Shown here: positions 51,895-64,000 of the stretch, in pieces
Layout: each line of letters opens with the position of its first letter
Position numbering within the stretch: position 1 is the stretch's first letter
Source: Malacoraja senta
Taxonomy: Eukaryota
Reading direction: 5' to 3'
NCBI GenBank assembly: GCA_038087875.1
Contig: CM075978.1
Span: 170,004,001 to 170,068,000 of the forward strand
DNA length: 64,000 nt
Translations under genes and position numbers: made by a program
The notes under the pieces: generated by a model
Told to the model about the DNA's origin: nothing
Seen by the model: only the letters and a program-made list of their open reading frames with translations
Database searches by the model: none

Positions 51895-52460
51895 TTTTTA
51901 TTTTATTTTATTTATCATTACACTTATAGGGCGCCTTTCAAAGACTCTCAAGGACGCCTTGCAGATAAGCAGATTACAAAACATATAAGCAGAATAAAAA
52001 ATTAAAAAATAGTAGGGACATCAACAACATCACAATACACAAATTAAGGACAGAATTCATTTCAAAGGGACAAAAAAGAAAATCAGAAACACAATTTGAG
52101 GCGAGAGCAGCGGCAGCTAAACCGTGCCAGCGTCCACTCTCCCCTCCGACCGCCATCTTGAACACAGACTAACAAAGACACAGCACACAAAAATCACCCC
52201 CCCACAATGAATTACCACTGTGGGGGAAGGCACAGTGTCCAGTCCCCAACCCCAGTTCTCCCAAAGACGGCATATTGAGGCCTCCACAGTTGCCTCTACG
52301 GAGGCCCGATGTTCCTGGCCGTTCTCGCCGGGTGCAGTTGTCCCGGCGTCGGGAGAGTCCTTGCAGCGGCTGGGACGGCTGGAACGGCCGATCTCCTATT
52401 GGAGTCCGTGGCACCTGAAGCCAACAAGGCCACGCCGATTACCCCTCAGGCTCCTGTGCT
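51895..52460 (-). mobile_element. CpG-rich retroposon relative with an L2-like 3' tail
   Basis: Core similar to 36290-36440; minus-strand tail AAGGCGTCCTTGAG...GAAAGGCGCCCTATA...AATAAAATAAA. Confidence 0.6.
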
Positions 52461-54334
52461 TCAGGCTGCCCAACCTCAGGCCCTCAGGTGATATGCTCGT
52501 AAATCTCTGCACTCTTTCCACCTTAGCAGCATTGTTCCTATGGCAGGGTGACTCACAAATACTATTACAGCTGATTCCCCTACTCTGGGTAAAAGGCTCT
52601 TGCTTAATATAATCCTAATTTAACTGCACCATTTTAATCCTAGCTTGCTTTAATCCTCTTGCTTTTGCTTATTCTAAAAATTATATTTCTGGTAGTGAGT
52701 CTAATGTGTTGTTGAAGTGGGCTTGTAATGTGAAAGGTTTCCTGTAATGATATCAAGGAGATGAGTAGACCCAAGCGCTGAGAGACATAGGAGTCGTGAG
52801 TAAATTAAACTCAAAAACAGCTAGAATCCTGATTAAAGAATACAAGGGTCAGCATGAGAAAATCAAAGACAGAGACAAAATATCTGCACTGAAATAAGTG
52901 AATTAATAGGTAACAGAACATATGTAGGCACAAAAAACTGGAGTAATTCAGCTGGCCAGGCAGCATCTCTGGAGAAAAGGAATAGGTGACGTTTAAGATC
53001 AAGACCGTTCTTCAGCTGACTAAAATGATAACGATCTGATCTGAACTGAACTGTCCTCCCACCAACTGGAGAGCGGTCCTGACCTCCCATCTACCTTATT
53101 GGAGACCATCGAACTATCTTTAATCTGACTTTAACTTGCACTCAACGCTATACCCATTATCCTGTATCTGTGCATTGTGGACAGCTTGATTGTAATCATG
53201 TATAGACTTTTCGTTGACAGGATAGCACGCAACAAAAAGCTTTTCATTGAATGTCGGTACACGTGGCAATAAACTAAACTAAACTACAAAACTAAAATAA
53301 TTAAAGATAATTGAACAAAAGACAACTCAGTCTATGCCATCCTCAGTAATCAGTGGACGGATCAGCAGACATTGTGACAGGTTCCCGATGAGGTTGAAGA
53401 TCTTCACTAATGGCCTGCAAAAACCAAACTAAAGGAGGAACTCTGCAGGTCAGGCAGCATCAGTGGAGGGAATGGACAGAAAATGTTTTAGGTCAGAACC
53501 TTTTCTTCAGACTGAGCCACAGAAGATAGCACAGGTTAGGGTAAAGTGGAACAGGGATGAATCTTTTGACCCAATGGGTCTTTGGAATGAGGAACTTAGT
53601 GCCTGAAGAGGTGCTGGAAGAGACACACTCACAATATTTAACAATTATCCTAGTCGAGCTAGGCATAGAAAGGTAAAACAATTGCCTGTAAATAGGAGAC
53701 TCCTAGATGGACACTTGATAGGGAGTGTGACATAGTGGAGAGAAGGGCTTTTGTGTGCTTTTAGTTCAGTATAGTTTAGTTCAGTGATACTGCACGGAAA
53801 CAGGCCGTTCGGCTCACCAATTCCACGCCGACAGCAATCATCCCGCACACTACCCTATACACACACTACGGACAATTTTACAACTTGCCGAAGCCAATTA
53901 TCCTGCAAACCTGTGCATCTTTGGAGTGTGGGAGGAAGCCGGAGCACCCGGACAAAACCCACGCGGGTTTCGGGGAGAAAGTACAAACTTCTTAGAGACA
54001 GCACCTGTAGTCAGGCTTGAACCCAAGTCATTGGCGCTGTAAGGCAGCAACTCCACCGCTGCGCCACCATGTGCTGTATGACTATACAGTAGCTGTGTTT
54101 TGGTTGATATGATAAGGAATGTTACAAATTATAGGATTATATTCATCTATTGATCATTTGAAGAAAGGTCCTGACCCAAAATGTCATCTGTCCATTGTCT
54201 CCACAGATGCTGCCTGATCTGCTGAGTTCTTCCAGCACTTACATAGAACATAGGACAAAGACAGCACAGCACAGGAACAGGCCCTTCAGCCCACAATGTT
54301 TGTGCCATACATGATGCCTAGTAGAACCTTCTTC

Positions 54335-55320
54335 AAATGACACTAAGCTGGGTGGCAGTGTCAACTGTGAGGAGCATGCTATGAGGATGCAGGGTGACTT
54401 GGACAGGTTGGGTGAGTGGGCAGATGCATGGCAGATGGAGTTTAATGTGGATAAATATGAGGTTATTGACTTTGGTGGCAAGAACAGGAAGGCAGATTAT
54501 TATCTGAATGGTGTCATTGGGAAAAGGGAAAGTACAATGACATCTGGGTGTCCTTGTACATCAGTCACTGAAAGTAAGCATGCAGGTACAGCAGGCAGTG
54601 AAGAAAGCTGATGGGCTGTTGTCCTTCATAAAAAGAGGAGTTGAGTATAGGAGCAAAGAGGTCCTTCTGCAGATGTACAGGGCCTTGGTGAGACCACACC
54701 TGGAGTATTGTGTGCAGTTTTGGTCTCCAAATATGAGGAAGGACATTCTTGCTATTGAGGGAGTGCAGCTTAGGTTCACAAGGTTAATTCCCGGGATGGC
54801 GGGACTGTCATATGTTGAAGGAATGGAGCGTCTGGGCTTATATACACTGGAATTTAGAAGTATGACAATAGACAATAGACAATAGGTGCAAGAGTAGGCC
54901 ATTCGGCCCTTCGAGCCAGCACCGCCATGAGAGGGGATCTTATTGAACCATATAAGATTATTAAGGGGTTGGACACGCAATAGGCAGAAAACATGTTCCC
55001 GATGTTGGGGGAGTCCAGAACCAGGGGCCAAATTTAAGAATAAGGGGTAGGCCATTTAGAACGGAGATGAGGAAAAAAAAATTCACCCAGAGAGTTGTGA
55101 ATCTGTGGAATTCTCTGCCTTAGAAGACAGTGGAGGCCGATTCTCTGGATGCTTTCAAGAGAGAGTTAGATAGAGCTCTAAAAGATAGTGGAGTCAAGGG
55201 ATATGGGAAGAAGGCAGGAATGAGGTACTGATTGTGGATGATCAGCCATAATCACAGTGAAGGGCAGTGCTGGCTCGAAGGGCTGAATGGCCTACTCATG
55301 CACCTATTGTCTATTGTCTA
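54335..55320 (+). mobile_element. CR1-clade (HER1-like) LINE 3' kilobase, degenerate RT C-terminus
   Basis: DTKLGG...MQGDLDRLGEWADAWQMEFNVDK and YRALVRPHLEYCVQFWSP motifs; CTATTGT tail. Confidence 0.92.
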
Positions 55321-58300
55321 CTGACCGATCTCATCTGCCTGTACATGAACCTCTATTCCACTGCACTTCCTATCTAAAAGACTCTTATACACCAGTATCG
55401 TATTTGCCTCCACCACCACCACTGGCGATCTGTTCCAGGCCTACCCTGCACATCTCCATTAAACTTTTCCTCTCTCACCTTACATCCATGCCCTCTAGTA
55501 TTGGATATTTCCACCCTGGGGAAAGAAGTTCTAACCGTCTACCCTATCTATGCCTCTAATAATTTTATATAATACTATCACCCCTCACCTCAACCTCCGA
55601 AGTCTGTTCATCCTCTCCCTGTAGCTGAAACCCTCGAATCCAGGTAAGATTCTGGTAAACCTCCTCTGCACCCTCTCCAGAGCTTCCACATCTTTTCTGT
55701 AATGGAGCGATCTGAGCTGCACTTTGTGCGTTGCCCAGGATTCCAGCATTTGCAGTTTCTTGTGCACTCGTTCGTTCGCTCTGCCCGGTTAAAGGTAACC
55801 ATGGAAACACAGGCTTTGGTTCTGACTTTTCCGCTCTCTTGACAACCTGTGGAGTGTTTCATTTCCAATTCTCTCGTTGACTTTGTGAGCAACCAGACAT
55901 CCGACATTCCGCCTGACCTGTTGAGTATTTTCAGCAGTTTCTGCTCGATTTCAGATTTTCAAATATCTGCTGGTTCTCACCTTTTATGTTTGAGTTTATG
56001 AAGATTAAAAGGAATCCTGTGATGTGACAGTGCAACTCCTGGAGTTATAGAGATAGTTATTGGCTTATTTCTGTCAGATGTACTAAGATGCAGTGAACAA
56101 TTTTAGTTCTGGGTGCTATCCAGGTACGTAAATCATATCATTCACGAGTACGTCAGTGCAAAAGAGAAAATAAGCTGAGTTCAGGATACAGTGTTACAGC
56201 CGCAGGGAAAGTGCAGATTATAAAAAAGTGCAAGTGCCACTAAAAGGTAGATTGGAAGATCGAGAATTCATCCGTGGCATACGAGAAGCCCGTTCGAAAG
56301 TCTGAGAAAAGATGGCCTTGAATCTGGTGGAAGGCTCTCCCGACAGGACAGGGGAGAAGATGATATGACCGGGGTGTGTGGTCTTTGATTATGTTGGCTG
56401 CTTTCCTGAGGCATCGTAAAATGGAGATGGAGTCGATGAAGGGGGGTTTTGTATGATGGACTGGACTGTGTCCGCAACTCTCTGTTGTGTACCTAATCTC
56501 CCATCCCCAAGTGATGAAGAGTAGAACAATCTCCAAATTGCGGTGGGTGATGAAGGAAGACTGTTGAGTGCCTTGTACTGCTAACCATTGACGCTGTTCT
56601 GGGCAATCAATGTTGGATGTGCTGATCTCCAAGGAAAGCAATCCTTCCCTTGACTGATAGACACAAAATGCTGGAGTAACTCAGCGGGTCAGGCAGTGTC
56701 TCTGGAGAACATGGATAGGTGACGTTTCAGGTCGGGACCCGAAAACATCACCTGTTCATTTTCTCCAGAGACGCTGCCTGAGCCGCTGAGTTACTCCAGC
56801 ATTTTGTGTCTATCTTTGGTATAAACCAGCATCTACAGTTCTTTTTTATTACTTCCCTCAACTACTCAACCCCTCTGCAATGTTTTAATTTCTTTTTCCC
56901 ACACAACAGCTCCTTGGGGTGAGATCTATTTAAGTCCCAGCCAACAAACGTCTAAGGCATTGGCAGCTCCAATGGCTGAGTTGCAGGAAAGAATAGAATG
57001 TCTGGATGGAGGACACCTGTACTATGTTCATGCTGGGCCCTGATACAGGTAGGGTGGAGGATCCCTCACCACTGACGCTAGCCAACGTAAACAAGACAGC
57101 AGATCAATGCATCCATTGTACCCTCACCAACCTCCAACCCGTGAAGTTCCAGGTCATTGGAGCAGATGTGTGAAAGGGCAAGAGCTAAACAATAAAGCAA
57201 AGCAATCCCTTTAGAAACGAACAGGCCAATGCCGGCATTAGGGGGTATTACCTTCAGGGTGAGGTTGGACAGACTTGGATAATTTCCTCTGGAACACCAG
57301 AGGTTGTGGGGAAACCTGATGGTATATGTATGTACTGTACATAAGTACTGGATATGGAATTATGAGAGACATACATAGGGTAAAAGGTCAGAAGCCTTTT
57401 TCCCAGGATATAAAAATCAAATATTAGAGCACATAACTTTATGGTGAGAGGGGCTAAGTTTCTAGGATATTTTTTTACACAGTGGGTGGTGGGTACCTGG
57501 CTTGTACGGCTGAGACAGATATGATAGTGGCATTGAAGAGCCATTTGGAAAGGCACATGGATATGCAGGGAATGGAGGGATATAGATCATGTGCAGGCAG
57601 ATGTTGACCTTGGCATCATGTGCAGCACAGACGATGTGGAGCGAAGGGCCTGTCCTTGTGCTGTACTATTCCATGTTCTATGTTCCAACTCAAATTCGCA
57701 TGGCCATGGATCGTTTGAAATGTCATAACATTTAAGAGTCATTAAGCTGCAGGAAAGATTCACCAGGGTGTTTCCAGGACTTGAGGGTTTGAGTTATATG
57801 GAGAGACTGTGTACTCTCAGTTGCAACCACAGTACTGTGTTGTACCAATAATACAGTAGGTTTAAGGTGAGGGGGGAAAGATGTAGTAGGAACCTCAGGG
57901 GTAATATTTTTGGTGGATGGTGTAAGGGTGGTGGGTGTATGGTGGTATGATTGTATGGATCAAGCAGCCTGCCACACAATCATACCAATAAAAAGCAACA
58001 AAACACACAAAATACATTTAACATGAACACCCACCACAGTGACTCCTCCACATTCCTCACTGTAATGGAAGGCCAAAAAAAAGTTCAATCTCTTCCCTTC
58101 TTTGTCCTCCTGCGGTCGGGGGCCTCGAGCCTTCTGTTGACGGGACGATCTCAGGCCCTCCGCATCGGGGCAATCAAGCTCCCGCATCGGGGGGGATCTC
58201 AGCTCCCCTGCACCAGATGATCGGACCCCGAGTTGGGGCTGGTCGAACCTCTTGCGACTTTGGAGCTTCCCGACATCAGTATCACTGATTATAGTTAGAT

Positions 58301-59192
58301 ATCCTATACTCAAATCAGGGCTAACATACTACTTATCTTCCTCATTGCTTGCTTTACCTGTATGTTTGCAGTCAGTTACTGGTGTTTAAGAACAATCAAG
58401 CCTCTTCGTGCATCTACTCTTCACAATCTCACGCTGGTTAAGTTATGCACTGTCTTTCTGTTATCCATACCGGTAGATAACTTCACATTATCCACAATGG
58501 ACAGCACAGTGACGCAGCAGTAGAGTTGCTGCCTTACAGTGCCAGAGACCCGGGTTCAATTCTGACTAGGTACCGTCTGTCCGGAGTTTGTACCTTCTCC
58601 CTATGACCGCATAGGTTTTCACCGGGTGCTCCGGTTTCCTCCCAAATTCCAAAGAGGTACAGGTTTCTAGGTTAATTGGCCGCCGTAAATTGTCCCTAGT
58701 GTGTAGGATAGAACTAGTATTACAGGGTGATTGTTGGTCGACTTTAACTCAATGGACCGAAGGGCCTGTTTCCACGCTGTATCTTTAAGCTAAAATTTAT
58801 TGCATCTGCTGTGTGTCAGATTAATTGCTCAGTCTGTCAACGACACCTTGAATCTTCTTTGCGTTTTCTTCATATCTCATGATCCCACTTACTCAGCGCC
58901 TTCATGAATCACGAGTTAGAGGTGGGTTTGTAGACGTAACAGATGGAGACAGCGTAATCTGAACACGTTAGAGCATACACACTTGCCTATAAGGATGTGG
59001 GATTGAGGCCCGAATCTGTTAATGTCATGTTGAGATTAATGTCAAGGCCACCTACAGATGTCATAGCTACGATCCAAGGCATTGCCACTTCCAACCCAAC
59101 AATCTTCCCAGAACTATCACTTCTCTGAACCTGGACCTGTAAATTTCATTGTTTGACAATTGGTGGCCATGCCATTCAGTCCCAAGAACTCA

Positions 59193-59540
59193 CCCCCTCT
59201 CTCTCGCTCTCTCTCTTTCATTCTCTGTGCCATTCCACCATTCCCCCTCGCTCACTCTCCCTCCATCTCATTCCTCCTCTCACTCTTTCTCTCATTCCTC
59301 CCTCTCTCTCTCATTCCCCCTCTGTCTCTCTCATTCCCCCCAACTCTCTCATCCCCTCCCTTTCATTCTCCCCTCTCTCTCCCCCTCATCCGCCCCCTCT
59401 CCCCCCCTCTCTCTCTCTCTCTCTCTCATTCCCTCTTTCTCTCTCACTCCCCCTTCTCTCTTTCTCATTCCCCCTCTTACACTTTCATTCCCTCTCTCTC
59501 GCTCTCTCCACTCCTCTCTGTCATTCTCCCCATCTCAGCT
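59193..59540. repeat. Polypyrimidine low-complexity array of (CTCTCATTCCC)-like units
   Basis: Direct inspection; a mirror GA-rich tract lies at 61633-61720. Confidence 0.9.
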
Positions 59541-60910
59541 TTTTCGGGTCAACCTTTGCCCATCCGGCCTGATCTCTCTCTGGCCTTGTGTCGTTAGGTA
59601 AACTATATTTCAGTGTTGCATGTTAAATGCACTGGTGCAGTCCACTGCATTTTTGCAGGCGCCATATCAATGCAAGGAGTTGTTGTTATTGTTGTTGTTG
59701 GTTGATAGAAACCATGACCATTCCTTCAGTTGCAGCGCCCCCTGCTGTGAATCACCGGCCTGGCAGGGAGTGCCTCTCATTGACTCACCCACTGAGTCAG
59801 CTGAACAGCCAGCGTGTCAAAGGGCAATTGTCCCATTACTCAATTGATTTAAGAGGAAGGATTAATTGTATTGCCAGTGCCAAACTAAATAGAAATTATT
59901 CATGTCATTAGCAGTTTGCATCTGAAAGTATGGGCTTTATTAAATTTGCAAGAATTGAAATCAGCATTAAATCTGCTTCCTTGTATCTGTCATTATGGTT
60001 AATTACTTCCACGTTCTCACAGACAAGGCCTAAAACTGCAGGGTCCTCTGTGGCTTTTATTCAAGTATCTATATTTTCCCCAAGGGAAATCAATTAGGGC
60101 GGCACAGCGGGTAGAGCTGCTGCCTCACAGATGCAGAGACTGGGTTCGATTCCGACCTTGGGTGCTGCCGGTTGTGTGGAGTTTTAACGTTCTCCCTGTG
60201 AACGTGTGGGTTTCCTCCAGGTGCTCTGGTTTCTTCCCACATCCCAAAGATGTGCGGGTTTGTAGGTTAATTGGTTCCTGATGTGCAGGAAAGCGCTGGG
60301 GTAACTTAGCGGGTCAGGCAGCATCTCTGGAGAAAAAGGATGTGTGATTTTTTGGGTTGGAGCATGTCTGAAGAAGGTCTCCAACCCGAAAACCTAAGTT
60401 ACTCCAGCACTTTGTGTCTATCTTCGGTATATACCAGCATCTTCAGTTCTTTCCTACACATGATGTGTTGGGAGTGGATGTGAAAATGGAATAACCTGTA
60501 ACTCGTGTGAATGGGTCTTCGATTGTCCACATAGACTCAGTGGGCTGAAGCACCTGCTTCAATACTGTAATGTAAACTAAATGAATTAACAGGAGGCGGC
60601 ACAGTGGAGCAGCGGTCGAGTTGCTCCCGAACAGCTTCAGAGACCTAGTTTTGATTCTGATTATGGATAATGCCTGTAAGGAGTGTGTACGTTCTCCCTG
60701 TGACCACATGGGTTTTCTCTAGGTGCTCTGGTTTCCTCCCACATTCCAAAGAAGTACAGGTTTGTAGATCTGTTGGCTTCAGTGAAAAAAAATTGTAAAT
60801 TGTCCCCAGTGTGTAGGATAGCGTTAGTGTAGGGGGTGATCGCTGGTCTGCGCAGACTCGGTGGGCTGAGGGCCTGTTTCCACGCTGTATCTCTAAAGTA
60901 TAAAGTCTAA

Positions 60911-61367
60911 AGGGCCTGTCCCATGGGCATGCGACTCCATGCGGCAAGCGTGACCTAACCGCAAGCGGGGGCCGCGCGGGGGTCGAGTGATCCCCGTACA
61001 GGGCCGGTCCCACCAGCATGCGACTGCATGCGGCAAGCGCTACCAAATCGGAAGCGGGGGCCGCGCGGAGGTCGAGTGACGTCAAGACAGTGCGTACGGC
61101 GGCGAGGCGGTATGCACGGCCGTTGAGGCGGTGCGCACGGCCGTCGATGCAGCTGCGGGGCGGCAGGCCGTTGCCGCACGGAATTTTTGATCAGTGTCAG
61201 TTTTTCGGAGCCCCGCGCGATGTCGGGACCAGCTCCGCACAACTCCATACGGCTCCAGCGATCGAAGTGGGACCGGCCCCGCGACCCCCGCGCGGCCCCC
61301 GCACGGTCCCCGCTTGCGGTTAGGTCGCGCTTGCCACATGGAGTCGCATGCCCGTGGGACAGGCCCT
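60911..61367. mobile_element. PIF/Harbinger-type MITE, 457 bp
   Basis: Long TIRs starting AGGGCCTGTCCCA and ending TGGGACAGGCCCT, TAA 3-bp TSD, GC-rich interior; inserted in an HE1 SINE tail. Confidence 0.88.
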
Positions 61368-62579
61368 TAAATCTACAACGTTCTGTAATTTGTTACATTC
61401 TTGGGCACAGCTGTTCCCAAACCAAGCTGTGATGCAACCCTATTGTATGCTCAAGGCATTGGAGAATGACAATTGTTATCCATTTTACCTGCAATGGATC
61501 CATTGAAGGCTGTACAGTTCATGCACCATCATATTTTAATAATAAACTATGTTAGATGCCTGCAGCAAATCATTGAACATTTCTCATAAAATCCAATTGT
61601 TTTCCTTGTTCCAGCAACACAGTTTGGATAAAAGAGCGAGAGAGAGGGAGGGGGAGAGGGAGAGGGAGGGGGAGGCGGAGGGGGAGGGAGAGGGAGAGGG
61701 AGAGGGAGAGAGAGAGAGACACACCTGAACTCATTCACACGGAGAGATTAATAGATTGTTGCCCCTTTTAACATTGAGTCTAAATTGTTTAATTGATCAT
61801 GCTTGTCTGAATTGGATTTATTAGCTATGTACACATTGGAAGATTCATTAGAATTTCATTGTTGCCTCAAATTTGACCTTCTCATTTAATCTTAGTCAAT
61901 TCTAAATGAGAAGAGCATGCATTAAAACCTTCAGCCCTTGGTGGTAAAGTGACAGGAATCCTGGAATACTTACGATGAAGCACAGATGCATTATCCTCAC
62001 ACACGTCGTCTTCGCTTGAGTCAGACTGAAATATTCAATGACAGATTTCTGTGGCAGAACTTGCTTTTGATTCCACACTTATCCAGTCATAGTGTCATAG
62101 AGTCATACAGCACGGAAACAGGCCGTTCAACTTGTCCATGCCAACCAACATGCCTCATTTACGCTAGTCCCATTTGAGTGAAAAAGTTGCCCCTCAAGTT
62201 CCTATTAAATATTTCCTCTCCCTTAAGCCTATGTCCTCTTGTTCTTGATTCCCCTACCCTGGGTAAAATACTTTGTGCATTCACCCTATCTATTCCTCTC
62301 ATAATCTCATGCACTTTCCATGACTTCCACAGTATTGTTCCATTGTTTTGAAGTGCCTGCCGTAATTCATATGGATGCTAATGCATTTAGTAAGGCAGGG
62401 ACCACAGGTGCACTACGGACTATAAGTTCGGTGCAAAAGTTTAGTTTAATTTAGGTTAGTTTATTATTATCACTAACGAGGTACAATGAAAAGCTTTTTT
62501 TTGCGCGTGCTATCCAGTAATAGAAAAGACTATATATGATTACAATCAAGTCATCCACAGTGTACAGATACAGGATAGA

Positions 62580-63430
62580 AGTGGCGGCGCCTAACGGCAG
62601 CGGCTCGACTGCAGTCCGTCTGTCTTTTTTTTATTTTTGTCTAGTTAAATGTAGTTGTTTGTGTTTTTTTTGTATTGTTTTTAACTGTGTATATGTGGGG
62701 AGCGGGGGCGGGGGAAACTTAAAAAAATCTCTTCCCTGTATGGAGGACCCGACCTTTCTCTGTCGGGTCTCCGTTGTCGTTGGGGCCTAGCACCGTGGAG
62801 AGGCCTCCAACCGGAACGACCTGGGGCTCGAGTCGCGGAGCCTGCGGACTACTCACCATCGTGGAGCTGGCCGAGTTCGGAGTGTGGAGAGCTGCGGTGA
62901 CGCGCGGCTGTGACCCGACCCCGGAGATTCGGAGGCTCCAGCCGCAGGTCTGGTGGACGGTGACATCGGGGAGCTCGCGGGTCCCTGGTGGGAGACCGCT
63001 TTTCGGGGCTCCCGCAACGGCAACTTCTCCCGCCCGAGTTGCGGGGTTGAAGATGACCTGGAGCTGGGTCTAACATCGCCCCGCGCGGCTTTAATGGCCG
63101 CGGGACTTGCTAGCGCTACCGGGGGCTCCAACATCCAGACCCGGAGGGCGGCCTTGCATCGCCCGGCGCGGCTTTAATGGCCGCGGGACTTATTTTCCAT
63201 CGCCCGCCGGGGGCTCTGACTCTGACATCGGGAGGAGAATGGGGAGTGCGGGCGAGAGATACGATTTTGCCTTCCATCACAGCGAGGAGGAGATTCGCTG
63301 TGATGGATGTTTGTGTAAATTGTGTTGTGTCTTGGTTCTTTTTACTTGTTTGTATGACTGCAGAAACCAAATTTCGTTTCAACTTCATTTGAGGTTCAAA
63401 TGACAATAAGTGGTATTGTATTGTATTGTA
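62580..63430 (+). mobile_element. CpG-rich non-coding retroposon, unnamed family, apparently full-length
   Basis: GGCGCC..GGCAGC head, T-rich tract, G-run, hairpin, GC-rich core, 13-bp hairpin, Rex1-like tail and (GTATT)n; interrupts a Rex1 tail fragment. Confidence 0.7.
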
Positions 63431-64000
63431 CAGAGGGAATACCATTTAGTGCAAGATAAAGTCCAGTAAAGTCTAAAGACAGTTTGATGGCCTGCAATGA
63501 GGTAGAAGATAGGTTAGGATCGTTTTCTAGTTGGTTATAGGATGGTTCAGTTGCCTGATAACAGCTGGGAAGAAACTGCCCCAGAATCTGGAGATTTGCA
63601 TTTTTAAACTTCTGTTCCTTTTGCCCGAGGGGAGAGGGGAGAGTGTCCAGGGAGAAACTGGTCCTTGATTCTTGCTCTCCATATTATCTATAACCCTCAT
63701 TATGCTTCCCCTTCGCCTCCTAGGATGGCACAGTGGCGCAGCGGTACAGTTTGCTGCCTCACAGCACCAGAGATCCAGGCTCCATCCTGACCTCTGGTGC
63801 TGTCCGTGCGGAGTTTCCACGTTCTCCCTGTGACCCTGTGGGTTTTCTCCGGGTGCTTCGGTTTCCTCCCAAAGGATGGGTTCCAAAGACGTGCGGGTTT
63901 GTAGGTTAATTGGCTTCTATAAATTGCCCCGATTGTGTAGGGACTGGATGGGAAAGTGGGGTGTAGGATGTAAAACTGGAGTAACAGGACTATTGTACGG

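Noticed and set aside
59149-59601. Three overlapping Ser/Leu/Pro-rich ORFs
   Set aside because: Translation of a CT-rich low-complexity tract.
46500-64000. Second protein-coding gene downstream
   Set aside because: No segment with both splice signals and a recognisable non-transposon peptide; small exons cannot be excluded without RNA-seq.

Overview
Eukaryotic, vertebrate DNA; the repeat content (HE1/V-SINE tRNA-SINEs, HER1/CR1 LINEs, Penelope-like termini) points to a cartilaginous fish, probably a skate or ray (inference). The window holds the last eight coding exons of a + strand ADAMTS metalloprotease gene, best matching ADAMTS18: spacer domain, five TSP1 repeats and PLAC domain, stop at 43158-43160, likely 3' UTR to about 46.4 kb. 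About 17 kb of intergenic DNA follows, with no second gene recognised. Nearly all other ORF-track entries are transposon or low-complexity artefacts. Introns are dense with HE1 SINEs, CR1 and Rex1/Babar LINE ends, a young L1 insertion, hAT and Harbinger MITEs and Penelope-like termini. Main observations: (1) a family of CpG-rich non-tRNA retroposons with a hairpin showing compensatory changes and two different LINE-type 3' tails; (2) many short Penelope-derived, often palindromic mini-elements carrying minimal hammerhead-ribozyme cores, two with clean target-site duplications; (3) two apparent +1 frameshifts in one ADAMTS exon, probably assembly errors; (4) a diverged direct repeat bracketing the terminal exon; (5) an RFX-ETS-RFX motif cluster and several CTCF motifs. 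Protein and repeat family assignments are from recall, not database searches. Repeat boundaries without a TSD are approximate.
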